Below are positions 49,127 to 59,370 of a stretch of 64,000 nucleotides of DNA, piece after piece. Origin of the DNA: Nitrosopumilus sp. (GTDB lineage Archaea > Thermoproteota > Nitrososphaeria > Nitrososphaerales > Nitrosopumilaceae); contig OZ245003.1 of NCBI GenBank assembly GCA_965223425.1, positions 1,984,001 through 2,048,000 on the forward strand, written 5' to 3'. The translations under genes and the position numbers were made by a program. Position 1 is the stretch's first letter; every line of letters starts with the position of its first letter. The notes beneath the pieces were generated by a model, which worked only from the letters and a program-made list of their open reading frames with translations, was not told the origin of the DNA and searched no databases.

Positions 49127-49638
49127 CCTTCAACGCTTAGATTTGCGCCACTAAAACTTCCAAATGTTTTGTCAGGCGGATGATATGCAAGTCTTGCCCT
49201 TGTTGCAAAGTATTGGTCTGATGGCTGTGTGTAGCCAGTAACCTTTGCCTTTTGGGCATTCCAATCAGAGGTGGAAACTTTTCCCACAGGGGCAGTTAAC
49301 CTTACAAAGTATCTGTTAGGTGCCGGAGCATAGCCTGTAACCTTTGCTCTGTAATCATGAAAAGAGCTCGTCGGTGCAGTTCTGTATGCATTTTCTAGCG
49401 CCTCTTGAACTGTTGCCGGTGGTTGCGCTGTAGTTTCTGCCGGCTTTGGTGCCTCTTGTGGTTTTGGGGTTTCTGCGGGCTTTGTCTCAGCTGGCTCTGA
49501 TTCTAGCTGAGTTGCAAGTTGGTTTATTTTTGCTTCTAATTTGGCAATCTTGTTTTCAAGATCTTTTTTAGTTTGCTTTTTAGCAGCTGCCATTAATCTG
49601 GATGAAGATTCTGGGGTTTATGTACATTTGGGTTTATT

Positions 49639-50929
49639 GGTTCTGCGAAGTTATCGGGAGTTATATGTCAATTCCCAAAATGTACAAGCCTCCAAACCGC
49701 AAGATATTCGCTGAAGGCGATAAAGCCAATATCACAGAAATATGCGCCGAACTCTGACCTAATGGATATGGCGGCTACATTCACAAAGATGGCCAATCAT
49801 TGCATCAAGATAGGGTTGAAAGAAGACACTCACAATATGAAGAGGCTGTCCATGTTATGTTATCACGAATTGCGTAACTATGACATTTTATCGTCATACA
49901 AGATATGTGCAATATCAAGAGCTGCAGGCATATTATCAAACAGAAAACAATCAGTCAAACGAGGTGTCAGAATAAGGGACCCAATAGTCAAAAATCCCTT
50001 TATGACAAACTGTTACGGCATAAAACACAACGGTGCACTACTAACAATCCCATACAAGAAGCATAACCCAATCAACATTTTACTCAACGATCACGCCCAA
50101 AAAATCCTGTCTGATCCCGCCCTGACGGTGCGCTCGTTTTCACTGACTGCCCTCAACATCAGTCTTTGTGTTTCAAAAAAAGTACAAGAGATAGAGTGCA
50201 CCAAGAAAGTTGGAATAGACAGAAACCTAAGAAATGTGACGTGTGGGAGCGAGGAAGGGGTGACAGTCTACAAGACAAACAAACTGTTATCCATAAAGGA
50301 GAACACAATACACGCCAGGGCAGGCTTCCACAGAAATGACCGCAGGAAGAAAAATCAGTTCTGCAAGGAAAAACAGAGAAGACTGACTGACAGAGCAAGG
50401 CAGTACATCCACAGAATATCAAAGGATATTGTGGATAATGCCGTCAAAGAAAAGGCTGCAATCGTTCTAGAAAACCTGAAAGGAATTAGAAAACTCTACA
50501 AAAAAGGAAATGGTCAGGGCAACAAGTACAGGCGCAGATTGAACGGGTGGCAATTCTACGAGCTGCAACGCCAAATAGAATACAAAGCCCGATGGGTCGG
50601 GCTCCCGCCAGTCGAATATGTAGACCCAAGAAACACGAGCACGCAGTGTCCGCAATGCGGAAAGAGACTCCAAGAGGACATGCAACAGCATCGTAAACTG
50701 TCGTGTAATAATTGCGGTTTGTTTATGGACAGGGATATTGTCGCTGCCATGAACAACATATCACGCAAGCTGCCCCCCAGGTTTAGGGGCAGTAGAGATG
50801 ACATATGTGAAGCGCAGTCCGGCACTTTTGAGCCGGCGATGACGGAATCCGGCACACCATTGGCAATCCGAATAGTCGATATGTCAAAGTCGAGTTATAG
50901 GGGTTAACTCCCGATAACTTCACAGAACC
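49639..50929 (+). mobile_element. Non-autonomous tnpB-only element with 25-bp TIRs and 8-bp TSD (copy 2)
   Basis: GGTTCTGCGAAGTTATCGGGAGTTA ... TAACTCCCGATAACTTCACAGAACC (24/25 match); TSD GGTTTATT at 49631-38 and 50930-37. Confidence 0.93.
49762..50907 (+). CDS. tnpB: RNA-guided endonuclease TnpB family protein (intact motifs)
   Basis: VGIDRN / VLENL / DRD catalytic triad and CPQC...CNNC. Possible earlier CTG start at 49711. Confidence 0.92.
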   Translation: MDMAATFTKMANHCIKIGLKEDTHNMKRLSMLCYHELRNYDILSSYKICAISRAAGILSNRKQSVKRGVRIRDPIVKNPFMTNCYGIKHNGALLTIPYKKHNPINILLNDHAQKILSDPALTVRSFSLTALNISLCVSKKVQEIECTKKVGIDRNLRNVTCGSEEGVTVYKTNKLLSIKENTIHARAGFHRNDRRKKNQFCKEKQRRLTDRARQYIHRISKDIVDNAVKEKAAIVLENLKGIRKLYKKGNGQGNKYRRRLNGWQFYELQRQIEYKARWVGLPPVEYVDPRNTSTQCPQCGKRLQEDMQQHRKLSCNNCGLFMDRDIVAAMNNISRKLPPRFRGSRDDICEAQSGTFEPAMTESGTPLAIRIVDMSKSSYRG

Positions 50930-50991
50930 GGTTTATTACCACGAACAAAACTTGATCAAGTTTTATATGCACAGATAACATAAGAGTTGTA

Positions 50992-51366
50992 ATGGATGAC
51001 TTTGAGAAGGAATTCCCAGAATTTGATTGGAAAAACACGCCAGCATACAAACATCCCGGAGGCAAAGACTGTCCATGTCCAAAACACGAATACATCAGGG
51101 AACAGATCAATTTTACAAAACAAGTAAACGAAAAAGGAAAAGAGCCAAGCAAAGTTACGCTAAGGTTTTGTCCTGATCACTACAGGGTTTACATGGAAGA
51201 GGTGATCCCTGCAATGCCATTAAAGTATAAAATTCTCACAAAGATTGCTCTAAAACTCGGGGCAATTCAAGTTGAACAACTAAAACACATGGAATCAGAA
51301 TTGTGTTTTTACTGCAAGTTTGGATCCGGCGGTTATGACAAAAAGACTGAACTTCCACCAATGTAG
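50992..51366 (+). CDS. Cys/His-containing hypothetical protein
   Basis: CPCPKH, CPDH and CFYC motifs. Confidence 0.65.
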   Translation: MDDFEKEFPEFDWKNTPAYKHPGGKDCPCPKHEYIREQINFTKQVNEKGKEPSKVTLRFCPDHYRVYMEEVIPAMPLKYKILTKIALKLGAIQVEQLKHMESELCFYCKFGSGGYDKKTELPPM

Positions 51367-51367
51367 A

Positions 51368-51598
51368 TTATTCAGGGCTTAGCAAAATTTTTGGTTTGTT
51401 TGGGGTATCATGATGACATCTCTTGCCACATAACGGACATCTCTTTCTATCAAGAAATATGCATTGACATATGTGAGAATCAAGATATGATTTGGCAGGT
51501 TGGTTTGGCTCACCTGTTCCATTGCAGAAGGGACATTGGGAACCAAGTAATTCTATGGCCCCATTTCCCTTACATACCGCACATTTGTCATCAGCCAA
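51368..51598 (-). CDS. Small Zn-finger protein (CxxCxGxG)
   Basis: CAVCKGNG, CPFCNGTG, CQC...CPLCG. Confidence 0.65.
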   Translation of the reverse strand: MADDKCAVCKGNGAIELLGSQCPFCNGTGEPNQPAKSYLDSHICQCIFLDRKRCPLCGKRCHHDTPNKPKILLSPE

Positions 51599-51711
51599 TA
51601 CTGTTTTTCCTGAGAGCCAGAATTAAATACATTTGTTAAAAGAATTTTAAGAAAATACAATTTTGTGTTAAATCCAGTTAAGCTTATACTTGAATCAGCT
51701 TCAAAATCATT

Positions 51712-53157
51712 GTGCCAATAGAAGATATTCATGAGTTCGCTGCAGCGCTTGAAAAGAATGGGGAGCTGAAGAGAGTCAAAACTGAAGTTGACTCTGATTT
51801 GGAGATTGCAGAAATTTTGAGAAGAGAGATGTATTCTAATGGTTCTGCAATTCTTTTTGAAAATGTAAAAGGTTATGGCATGCCAGTTTTAGGAAACGCG
51901 TTTGGCTCAATGAAGAGATTAGAGATAGGACTGGAAATGACAGACTTTACTGAGATTGGCCAGCGCATTGCAGACATGACAAAGATGATGGATGTTCCAT
52001 CAGGCTTTCTAAGCAAAATAAGAAAGCTTCCAGAACTATCAAAGATGGCAGCATCATTTCCTAAAGCAGAAACAAGTGGTCCTGTAACGGAAATAGCATC
52101 AAGTGATGCATCTTTTGATGACCTGCCAATTTTAAAATCATGGCCAAGTGATGCAGGACGGTTTATCACTCTAGGATTAGTTGCCACAAAACATCCAGAA
52201 ACAAAAGTAAGAAATCTTGGAGTATATAGAATGCAGGTAATTGACAAAACTCATGCATTGATGCACTGGCAAAAACACAAGAGGGGAGCTAATCACGGGG
52301 ACATTTCAAAAGACAGGGGAGAAAAAATTCCAACTGCAGTAATTATTGGAGGAGAGCCTGCAACAATATTTTCATCAATTGCGCCAGTACCAGAGGGATT
52401 AGACAAGTACCTGTTTGCAGGAATTACAAGAAAAGAAGGAATTAAGACTGTAAAATGTAAGACAATTGATTTGGATGTTCCGGCAAACGCAGAGATTGTT
52501 TTAGAAGGATACGTTGATCCTGCAGACATTAGAGACGAGGGACCGTTTGGAGATCATACAGGCTACTATACCCCAGTTGAGCCGTACCCAACATTTACGC
52601 TGACAGGAGTTATGAGACGAAAAGATCCAATTTATGTTACGACAGTCGTAGGAAAACCAATTCTTGAGGATGCATATATTGGAAAAGTGATTGAGCGATC
52701 ATTTTTACCACTTGTTCGAATGTTTCATCCCGAAGTAGTCGATTTTAGCATGCCGGCAGCAGGATGGTTCCAGGGATTTGCCATCGTATCAATCAAGAAG
52801 AGATACCCAGGCCAGGCAAAGAAAGTGATGATGGGGCTATGGGGAATGGGACAGCTCTCGCTAACGAAGATGTTAGTGGTGGTAGATGAGGACATCAACG
52901 TTCACGAAATAAATGATGTCATCTGGGCAATAACTACAAGGGCAGATGCGGCAAGGGACACGACAATCATTAACAACACGCCTACTGACACCCTGGATCC
53001 CGCATCTCCACTTGTTAACTTGGGTTCCAAGTTGGGAATTGATGCGACGCAGAAAACAAAAGAAGAGGGGTATGACAGAGAGATCCAGCAACAAGTGCAA
53101 GTTGACGATAAAACAAAGGGGTTAGTGGATTCTAAATGGTCTGACTATGGGCTATGA
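51712..53157 (+). CDS. ubiD: UbiD-family decarboxylase (menaquinone biosynthesis)
   Basis: RNLGVYRMQ, VPANAEIVLEG, EGPFGDHTGYY and VVVDED; convergent with mqnC. Confidence 0.9.
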   Translation: MPIEDIHEFAAALEKNGELKRVKTEVDSDLEIAEILRREMYSNGSAILFENVKGYGMPVLGNAFGSMKRLEIGLEMTDFTEIGQRIADMTKMMDVPSGFLSKIRKLPELSKMAASFPKAETSGPVTEIASSDASFDDLPILKSWPSDAGRFITLGLVATKHPETKVRNLGVYRMQVIDKTHALMHWQKHKRGANHGDISKDRGEKIPTAVIIGGEPATIFSSIAPVPEGLDKYLFAGITRKEGIKTVKCKTIDLDVPANAEIVLEGYVDPADIRDEGPFGDHTGYYTPVEPYPTFTLTGVMRRKDPIYVTTVVGKPILEDAYIGKVIERSFLPLVRMFHPEVVDFSMPAAGWFQGFAIVSIKKRYPGQAKKVMMGLWGMGQLSLTKMLVVVDEDINVHEINDVIWAITTRADAARDTTIINNTPTDTLDPASPLVNLGSKLGIDATQKTKEEGYDREIQQQVQVDDKTKGLVDSKWSDYGL

Positions 53158-54270
53158 TACTCTAACAGGATTGTAGAAGTTGTCTCGCTCTTCTACCTGA
53201 CAGCCAATTTGACGGATGGCATCTATGATTTTTTTATCAGTTAGTTCAGTTGAGCGCGCGCCAGTACACGAAACAACCTCTTCTCCAATGAGGGTTCCGC
53301 CAAAGTCATCAGCGCCATATTGTAAAGCAAGCTGAGCCATGCCAACGCCATTTGTCAACCAAGAAGACTGGATGTGCGGTATCAAGCCATCAAAGACTAG
53401 TCTGGATATTGCAATCATCTTCAAGAGTTGAACGCCGCCAGTCCCGTATTCAACCAAGCCTTCTTCATGCATCAGGGTATTGTTTGGCTCAAAATTCCAC
53501 GGGATAAATGCCATGAAGCCTTTTGTTTTTTCTTGTAGTTTTACAATTTTGAAAAAGTGATCAACAATATCTTGCTTGTTTTCAACATGGCCATACATCA
53601 TGGTTGCAGATGCTGAAAGTCCAAGCAAATGAGCCTCATCCATTATCCTAATCCAGTCATCACTGGATATTTTCTTTGGGCTAATAACATCTTTAACTGA
53701 ATCAACTAAGATTTCAGCGCCGGCACCAGGAATTGACTGCAACCCGGCGTCTTTTAGCCTAGACAAGATTTCTTTTGTTGAGGACTTTTCAACTTTTGCA
53801 ATCATGTCAAGCTCGGACGCAGATAGCCCGTGAACGCCAACTTTTGGGAATTTTTCCCGAATCATCCTAAATGCATCTTCATAGTATTCTATACTCAAGT
53901 TTGGATTATGGCCGCCTTGAATCAAAACTTGACGGATCTTAAACATGTCCCATGAGGCCTTTACTCTAGATTCGATTTGATCAAGAGTCAGCGTGTAAGA
54001 ATCATCAGCGCCAGGTGATCTATAAAACGCACAAAACTTACAATCAGTAATGCAGACATTGGTATAATTCAAGATAATATTATTTACAAAAGATGCTTTT
54101 TTGCCAAATCGTTTTCGTGTCAGGTGTCCAGAAACAAGCCCCATAAGATGAACATCATCAGACTCTAACAGTCTCAAGCAGTCCTCAGGTTCGGGCCTTT
54201 GGCCGTTAAGAGAATTCTCCAAAACGTCTTTGATATCGCTTTTTTGTATCTGTTCAGTAGTTTGGCTCAA
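53152..54270 (-). CDS. mqnC: Cyclic dehypoxanthinyl futalosine synthase
   Basis: YTNVCITDCKFCAFYR, QGGHNP, PGAGAEIL, AFIPW, QSSW and GADDFGGT. Confidence 0.85.
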   Translation of the reverse strand: MSQTTEQIQKSDIKDVLENSLNGQRPEPEDCLRLLESDDVHLMGLVSGHLTRKRFGKKASFVNNIILNYTNVCITDCKFCAFYRSPGADDSYTLTLDQIESRVKASWDMFKIRQVLIQGGHNPNLSIEYYEDAFRMIREKFPKVGVHGLSASELDMIAKVEKSSTKEILSRLKDAGLQSIPGAGAEILVDSVKDVISPKKISSDDWIRIMDEAHLLGLSASATMMYGHVENKQDIVDHFFKIVKLQEKTKGFMAFIPWNFEPNNTLMHEEGLVEYGTGGVQLLKMIAISRLVFDGLIPHIQSSWLTNGVGMAQLALQYGADDFGGTLIGEEVVSCTGARSTELTDKKIIDAIRQIGCQVEERDNFYNPVRVS

Positions 54271-54544
54271 CTGTTCTTCATCTTTTTTAATTTCTATTTA
54301 ACCCTTGATAGAAAAAATGAGACCCTATTGTAACCACATGTGGCCAGTAGAAAAAGGCATTCAGATAGTAGACTTTATGCATAATTGAATCATAAAAATT
54401 TTTCCGAAAGATTTAGATCCATTTTGATCGCCGCAACAGGTAATGGAATCTTCAGAACAGACTATACGCAGGCTGCAAAGGGAGCTCAAACAAAAGGACA
54501 CAGCAATCAGGCAAAAGGACACAGCAATCAGGCAAAAGGACACA

Positions 54545-55686
54545 TAGTAAGTACATAAAAAACCTGAACCATTTTGACAATTATTTTTGGCCAAAAGATC
54601 CAAGACAGGCCATACCGCACACACTGCATGTACAAACAAAAAAAGAGACAGGTTGCAAGGGGGGCAAAATTTCTGCCAAACACCAGCGTTGCAGACCTCA
54701 AAAGGGCATACAAAAAAGAGACCGATCCCAGAAGGCGCGACAGGCTGCTTGCGTACATGCAGCGCAAGGACGGCGTGCCGCTAGACAGGATTGGAAGGAT
54801 GCTGGGAAGGCCCAAGTCCACCATATCTGCATGGCTCAACCGCGCACAGGACGAGGGAATACGCGCAAGGTTCGAGCGCAGCGGCAGGGGACGAAAGCAC
54901 CTGATAGGCGGGCCGCAGGCAAGACAGCTTGCAGCAGACCTGGATGCGGGGCCAGAATCATGCGGCTTTGAGAGCAGCCTGTGGGATTCCAACCTGGTAA
55001 GGCTGCACATCAAGAGAAAGTTCGGCGTGCAGTACAGCAAGGCAGGCGCGCTGCAGCTGGTCAGGGAGATGGGCTTTTCGTGGAGCAAGGCGCGTCCAAA
55101 AAACCCAAGATCAGCCTCAAAAAGAAAGCAAAAAGAGTTTCAGGAGCGGGCAAAAAAACTCGTTGCAGAAAAGTCGGCGCAGGGATACGCCGTACTGGCC
55201 GGCGATGCATCCTCGATTCAAAAGGCATCAAACAGGCCCGGCTACGGGTGGAGAAGGCGCGGCAAGCGCGCCACATCCCCCTCTGTTTTGTCACGCGAAA
55301 GAAGATACATCTTTGGAGCCTTGGCGGCAAACGCATTTTACTTTATGTTTTATGAAAAGTCAAACAGCGACAGCTTTTGCAACTTTTTGGAACGGGTTCA
55401 CAAAAGATTCGGCAAGGTGCTGCTGTTTGTAGACAATGCGTCATATCACAAATCCAAAAAGGTAAAGGAGTTTCTGGAAAGATACAACGGCGAGATAGTT
55501 CTGGAGTACCTGCTGCCGTACACGCCGGAGCTTAATCCCATTGAGATGCAGTGGAGGGTGATAAAACGGGTACTGTCTGCAAAAGTGTTTGGCACGCTAG
55601 ATGAGATGGAGCAGTCAGTACGCAAGCTGTTTGCCAGAAAGGAGATCCTGCCTGTGAAAATGTTCAATTATTTAATGTGCTAACTA
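54545..55686 (+). mobile_element. IS630-family element nested in ISL2-like copy 1
   Basis: Imperfect IRs of about 34 bp, TAGTAAGTACATAAAAAACCTGAAC vs TAGTTAGCACATTAAATAATTGAAC; flanked by CA/CA. Confidence 0.9.
54628..55683 (+). CDS. IS630-family transposase
   Basis: HTHs, GFSWSKARP, GDASS, VDNASYH and LPYTPELNPIEMQW; uninterrupted ORF. Confidence 0.92.
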   Translation: MYKQKKRQVARGAKFLPNTSVADLKRAYKKETDPRRRDRLLAYMQRKDGVPLDRIGRMLGRPKSTISAWLNRAQDEGIRARFERSGRGRKHLIGGPQARQLAADLDAGPESCGFESSLWDSNLVRLHIKRKFGVQYSKAGALQLVREMGFSWSKARPKNPRSASKRKQKEFQERAKKLVAEKSAQGYAVLAGDASSIQKASNRPGYGWRRRGKRATSPSVLSRERRYIFGALAANAFYFMFYEKSNSDSFCNFLERVHKRFGKVLLFVDNASYHKSKKVKEFLERYNGEIVLEYLLPYTPELNPIEMQWRVIKRVLSAKVFGTLDEMEQSVRKLFARKEILPVKMFNYLMC

Positions 55687-58053
55687 CAGCAATCAAGCAG
55701 AACAACAGAGCAATCAAGCAGAACAACAGAGCAATCAAGCAGAACAACAGAGCAATCAAGCAAAAGGACGCAGCAATCAGCAGGCGCGAGAAGACGATTG
55801 GCCTGCTGCACGAGCAGCAGCTGCTGCGCGAGGACAGCCTGTGGGCCGTTACAGATGCAGGCCGCCCTGATACGGACACGTCGCTGCTGCACATCAGGGA
55901 GGTGATCCACGGCATACTGCACAACAGCGCAAAGCTTGCGGGAATTACCTCGTATGACCTTGACCAGTTTGACTACATCTACAATGACTTTGTGGTAGAG
56001 TCAAAGAGGCACAACAAAGACGCGCCGCTCTTTTCAGAGGACGAAACACCGGATCCCGGAAACCGCTGCCTGCTTGACCGCAGGTCCGTCCTGCTGCTTG
56101 CGCTGTTCCGCAAGCGCTCAAACGTGACGCAGGATGCCCTGGGAGTGCTGTTTGATGTGGATCAGTCCACCGTGTGCAGGTACCTCAAGTTCGCAGATTC
56201 CGTGCTGGCAGGGATCCTGCCTACTGCAGACAGGATGACCCGTCTGGTAAAAAAGGCCGAGACATCAGAGCAGCTAGAGCAGCTAATGCCGGACAGAACC
56301 ATCATAATTGACGGCACCGAGGTGGTGCCAAGGCAGCGTCCGCAGGACAAGGATAAAAGAAAAAACACGTACTCTGACAAAAAGAAGCGCTTTACGATTA
56401 ACACCACCATAACAACAAACAGGGCAGGCCTGATACTTGCAGCAGGCAGGTCCTTTGAGGGCGGGACGCACGACCTTACCATGATAAGAGAGGATCCGAC
56501 AGACTGGCAGGTGGTCTAAATCCATGTACAAAAAAGACACTCCGGAAAAGGACAGGATACGGGTGCTTGTAGACAAGGGGTACCGGGGATGCCAATCACT
56601 ACACGGGAATGGCACTTGAGATGCCGGAAAAAAAGAGGCCGCGGACGGAGCTGACGCAGCAGCAAAAGGACTCCAACAAAAGGATCAGCGCCAAGAGGGT
56701 AAAGGTGGAGCACGCCATCGGAAGAATAAAGCAGTGGGCGAGGATGACAGACCCGTACGACGGCACGGTAGAGGGGTTTCGCGAGGAGCTGGCTGTGTGT
56801 ACCGGCCTTGCGAACTTTCAACTGCTGTGGGATGCAAAGAAAAAGCGGCCGTCACTTGGTTATTGACGGCACAGCACAGGGTGCATGAGGCACTGCAAGA
56901 GTGCGCACGGATTTCTAATTTCTGCGAATTTACAATGATCTTTTGCATCAAAATTAAATAATTTCCTGGACTGGCTTTGTGTGTCTTGGTAATGTATGCT
57001 GCAGAAAAAATTTGACGGGTCAATTATGCATAAAGTCTATTGTTTGTGGGTTTAATCGCTGCAATGATTTTGCCATTTAGTAGTATGGATTTTGTACAAG
57101 CTGCAAATTCAAAAGATTCTACATCTGACGATGAATTGTTAGATAGAGAGTTTTCTAATTGGGAAAGTCAATACAAAAATGCAGAAGATTTTGATGCAAA
57201 AACTAAATCAATCAAAGCATATACATCTATGGTCGATCGTGCTAATGGATGGAACAAAGTTATGATAAAAGAGCAAATCGTTCTTAATAACTTTGACACT
57301 AGAATGAATGAAGTGGGTGCATCGATGCAGACAATGTTAGTAGACATTGAACAACAAAAACGAAATGGCACATACCAGCCAACAGATGCCGAAAGGAGAT
57401 ATCATGATTGGGCTGCTACAAAGTATCCAAATCCAATAGCATCAGATGTCAATCCTGAAGTTGTTACAAAAATTGTAGACTCGCACAACAACATAGCTAA
57501 TCATGGAAATGTACCAATTGAGTTACATTTACAAGATGACTCTTTTTGGACTGAAACAAACCATAATGCAGCTTGCAATTACATGAGTTGTGAAGAATCC
57601 CAAAACACAGATGTTGTAAATAAAGCCATTAACTATGTTATACCAGAAGCCTTTGCAGCTAATCCATATCATACAATGAATGGACACATCTATGCATGGG
57701 CTTGTGAGGGAAGTACTGGTGGTTGCGCATGGACTGTTTCAGACTCTGGTTATGGAGCACTAAATGATTCAGTATCAAATACTAGTACGACTCATGGAAT
57801 AGGTAAAAATGCATACATATATGGTTCTGACTGTTCTTCTTCATCAAGTTATACGCATGATGTTGAGGGAGTGTTAGAGATTGGCATTAATTCTTGGAGT
57901 GATTCTGATACATGGACAGGTACCTGTGCAGCATTTAGCTCAACACATCAAGTAGCTAATAGCCCAAGTGCAACTTGGTTGTTCACATACACCGTAGATT
58001 CAAATGCCCAATAGGCATTAATCTTTTTTTATTACTAAATTTGGTGAATTGAC

Positions 58054-58647
58054 ATGAACAAATGGTTCTTTATCGTTTTTCCAATAGTGATTGGTTTTTT
58101 ACTAATTGTCCTAAATTTTAATTCGATGTATAATTATGTCACATATGTTGTGCCAATGCAAAATGCAGTTTTTTTAGATAAAGGAATTGGCCATTATGAT
58201 TATTTGTTAAATGGTGGAAATATAACATCAATAGAAAAAGCAGTGTTGCAACCAGACAACTCAATTAATGTTATTTTTGGTCAAAATGACTACAAATGGT
58301 CCACAGGGTATGAGCCAATTCCTAAATTTAATTATGGGATGAATTTACAGAGAAATGACACTTTGATCCTACTTTGTACAAATATTGGCAAAGATGGTTA
58401 TGCAGATCAGCACCCAGATTTGTCAGAGCCGTATTTTCCAGGTCTTGGAATTTTCAAATATTTAGGACCAATAGTAGTTGAAAATAAAACAGTTTTATTA
58501 TTTTGGCATGAATCAGCTTCTCTCCAAGCAGACATGCCATGTAACTATCCTGAAGTAATTCATAATTCCATTAATTTATGGGAGTTGCAAGAACATGGAG
58601 AACCTGATAATAATTTAGAGAAAATGTTTGGTTCAGATTATCAATAA
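58054..58647 (+). CDS. Membrane-anchored hypothetical protein
   Basis: N-terminal TM; CNYPEVI motif; follows the secreted protein gene. Confidence 0.65.
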   Translation: MNKWFFIVFPIVIGFLLIVLNFNSMYNYVTYVVPMQNAVFLDKGIGHYDYLLNGGNITSIEKAVLQPDNSINVIFGQNDYKWSTGYEPIPKFNYGMNLQRNDTLILLCTNIGKDGYADQHPDLSEPYFPGLGIFKYLGPIVVENKTVLLFWHESASLQADMPCNYPEVIHNSINLWELQEHGEPDNNLEKMFGSDYQ

Positions 58648-58719
58648 ATTTCAAATCTTATCAAGAAAAAACAAAACAATTATTATTAAAAGTTCTAGAA
58701 AGTTCTGGCGGTTCTGGTA

Positions 58720-59140
58720 ACCATATGTGAATACAGAGAAAAGGAAATCAGACAGCATAAGAGATGAACCTAATTCCAGGATTCGCAGTCTGTCACCTCC
58801 AAAGAAACAGATTAGGGGCAAATTAAGCAACAGCATGTATGTGGGCATTGACCTGCACAAGAAACCTCTTCAAGTAGCAATAATGGACAATGACGGAAAG
58901 GTATTACAAAACAGCAATTGACAACACTCACCAGACAATCAAGAAACATTTTGCAAGCATACCGCCTTATGCCAGCATAGCCATGAATCCTCATCTGTCT
59001 GGTTGATACATGTCGATTTCTGACAGATACGCTTGGATACAAAAACCCTGTCAAACCCATACCTGACAAAGGCAATAGCTGCATCCAAGAAGAAGACAGA
59101 CAAGGTTGATGCCAAGATCCTTACAGCTCTGCTGAGGATG
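58720..59140 (+). pseudogene. Truncated IS110/IS1111-type element
   Basis: Same left end (TA)ACCATATGTGAA as 62250; MYVGIDLHKK..QVA and SNP...KKTDKVDA fragments with frameshifts. Confidence 0.8.
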
Positions 59141-59370
59141 GATCCGTGGAGCGAGCTCCTGCCAGATCACAGTACTGTTGCCAAGTTCATGCAGAAGATT
59201 CCAACTGCATGGCTTTGACATGGATGCAATGCATATGAACCACTTGGCGAGCTAGCCAGACATGTATGGAAAAGTGATTTGGGAAAAGCTGTTGTTATTG
59301 GTAGCAGTTTAGCATTACTCGGTTTAGCAATAATGAAAGCTAGAAATTAATCTGAAATCGATCACCATGA

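Larger units (their letters stand above)
47821..49593 (-). pseudogene. Paralog of 43207-44076 disrupted by IS insertion
   Basis: Removing 47900-49126 plus one TSD copy restores ...NLSVEGVEIKAKTPEPAKLAKGTLPKGF. Confidence 0.85.
54443..56866 (+). pseudogene. DDE_Tnp_4-like transposase, interrupted and frameshifted (copy 1)
   Basis: HTH FDVDQSTVCR, IIDGTE, THD, DKGY and RVKVEHAIGRIK spread over several frames. Confidence 0.82.
54371..57037 (+). mobile_element. ISL2/PIF-Harbinger-like (IS5 superfamily) element copy 1, with nested IS630
   Basis: TIR GACTTTATGCATAATTGA / TCAATTATGCATAAAGTC flanked by TA duplication; near-identical to copy 2. Confidence 0.88.
54338..58014 (+). pseudogene. Secreted protein gene split within its signal peptide by the ISL2-like element
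   Basis: 54338-54370 (MWPVEKGIQIV) joins in frame to 57040 (LFVGLIAAMILPF...) after removing the IS and one TA. The distal 57040-58014 frame is intact. Confidence 0.75.
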
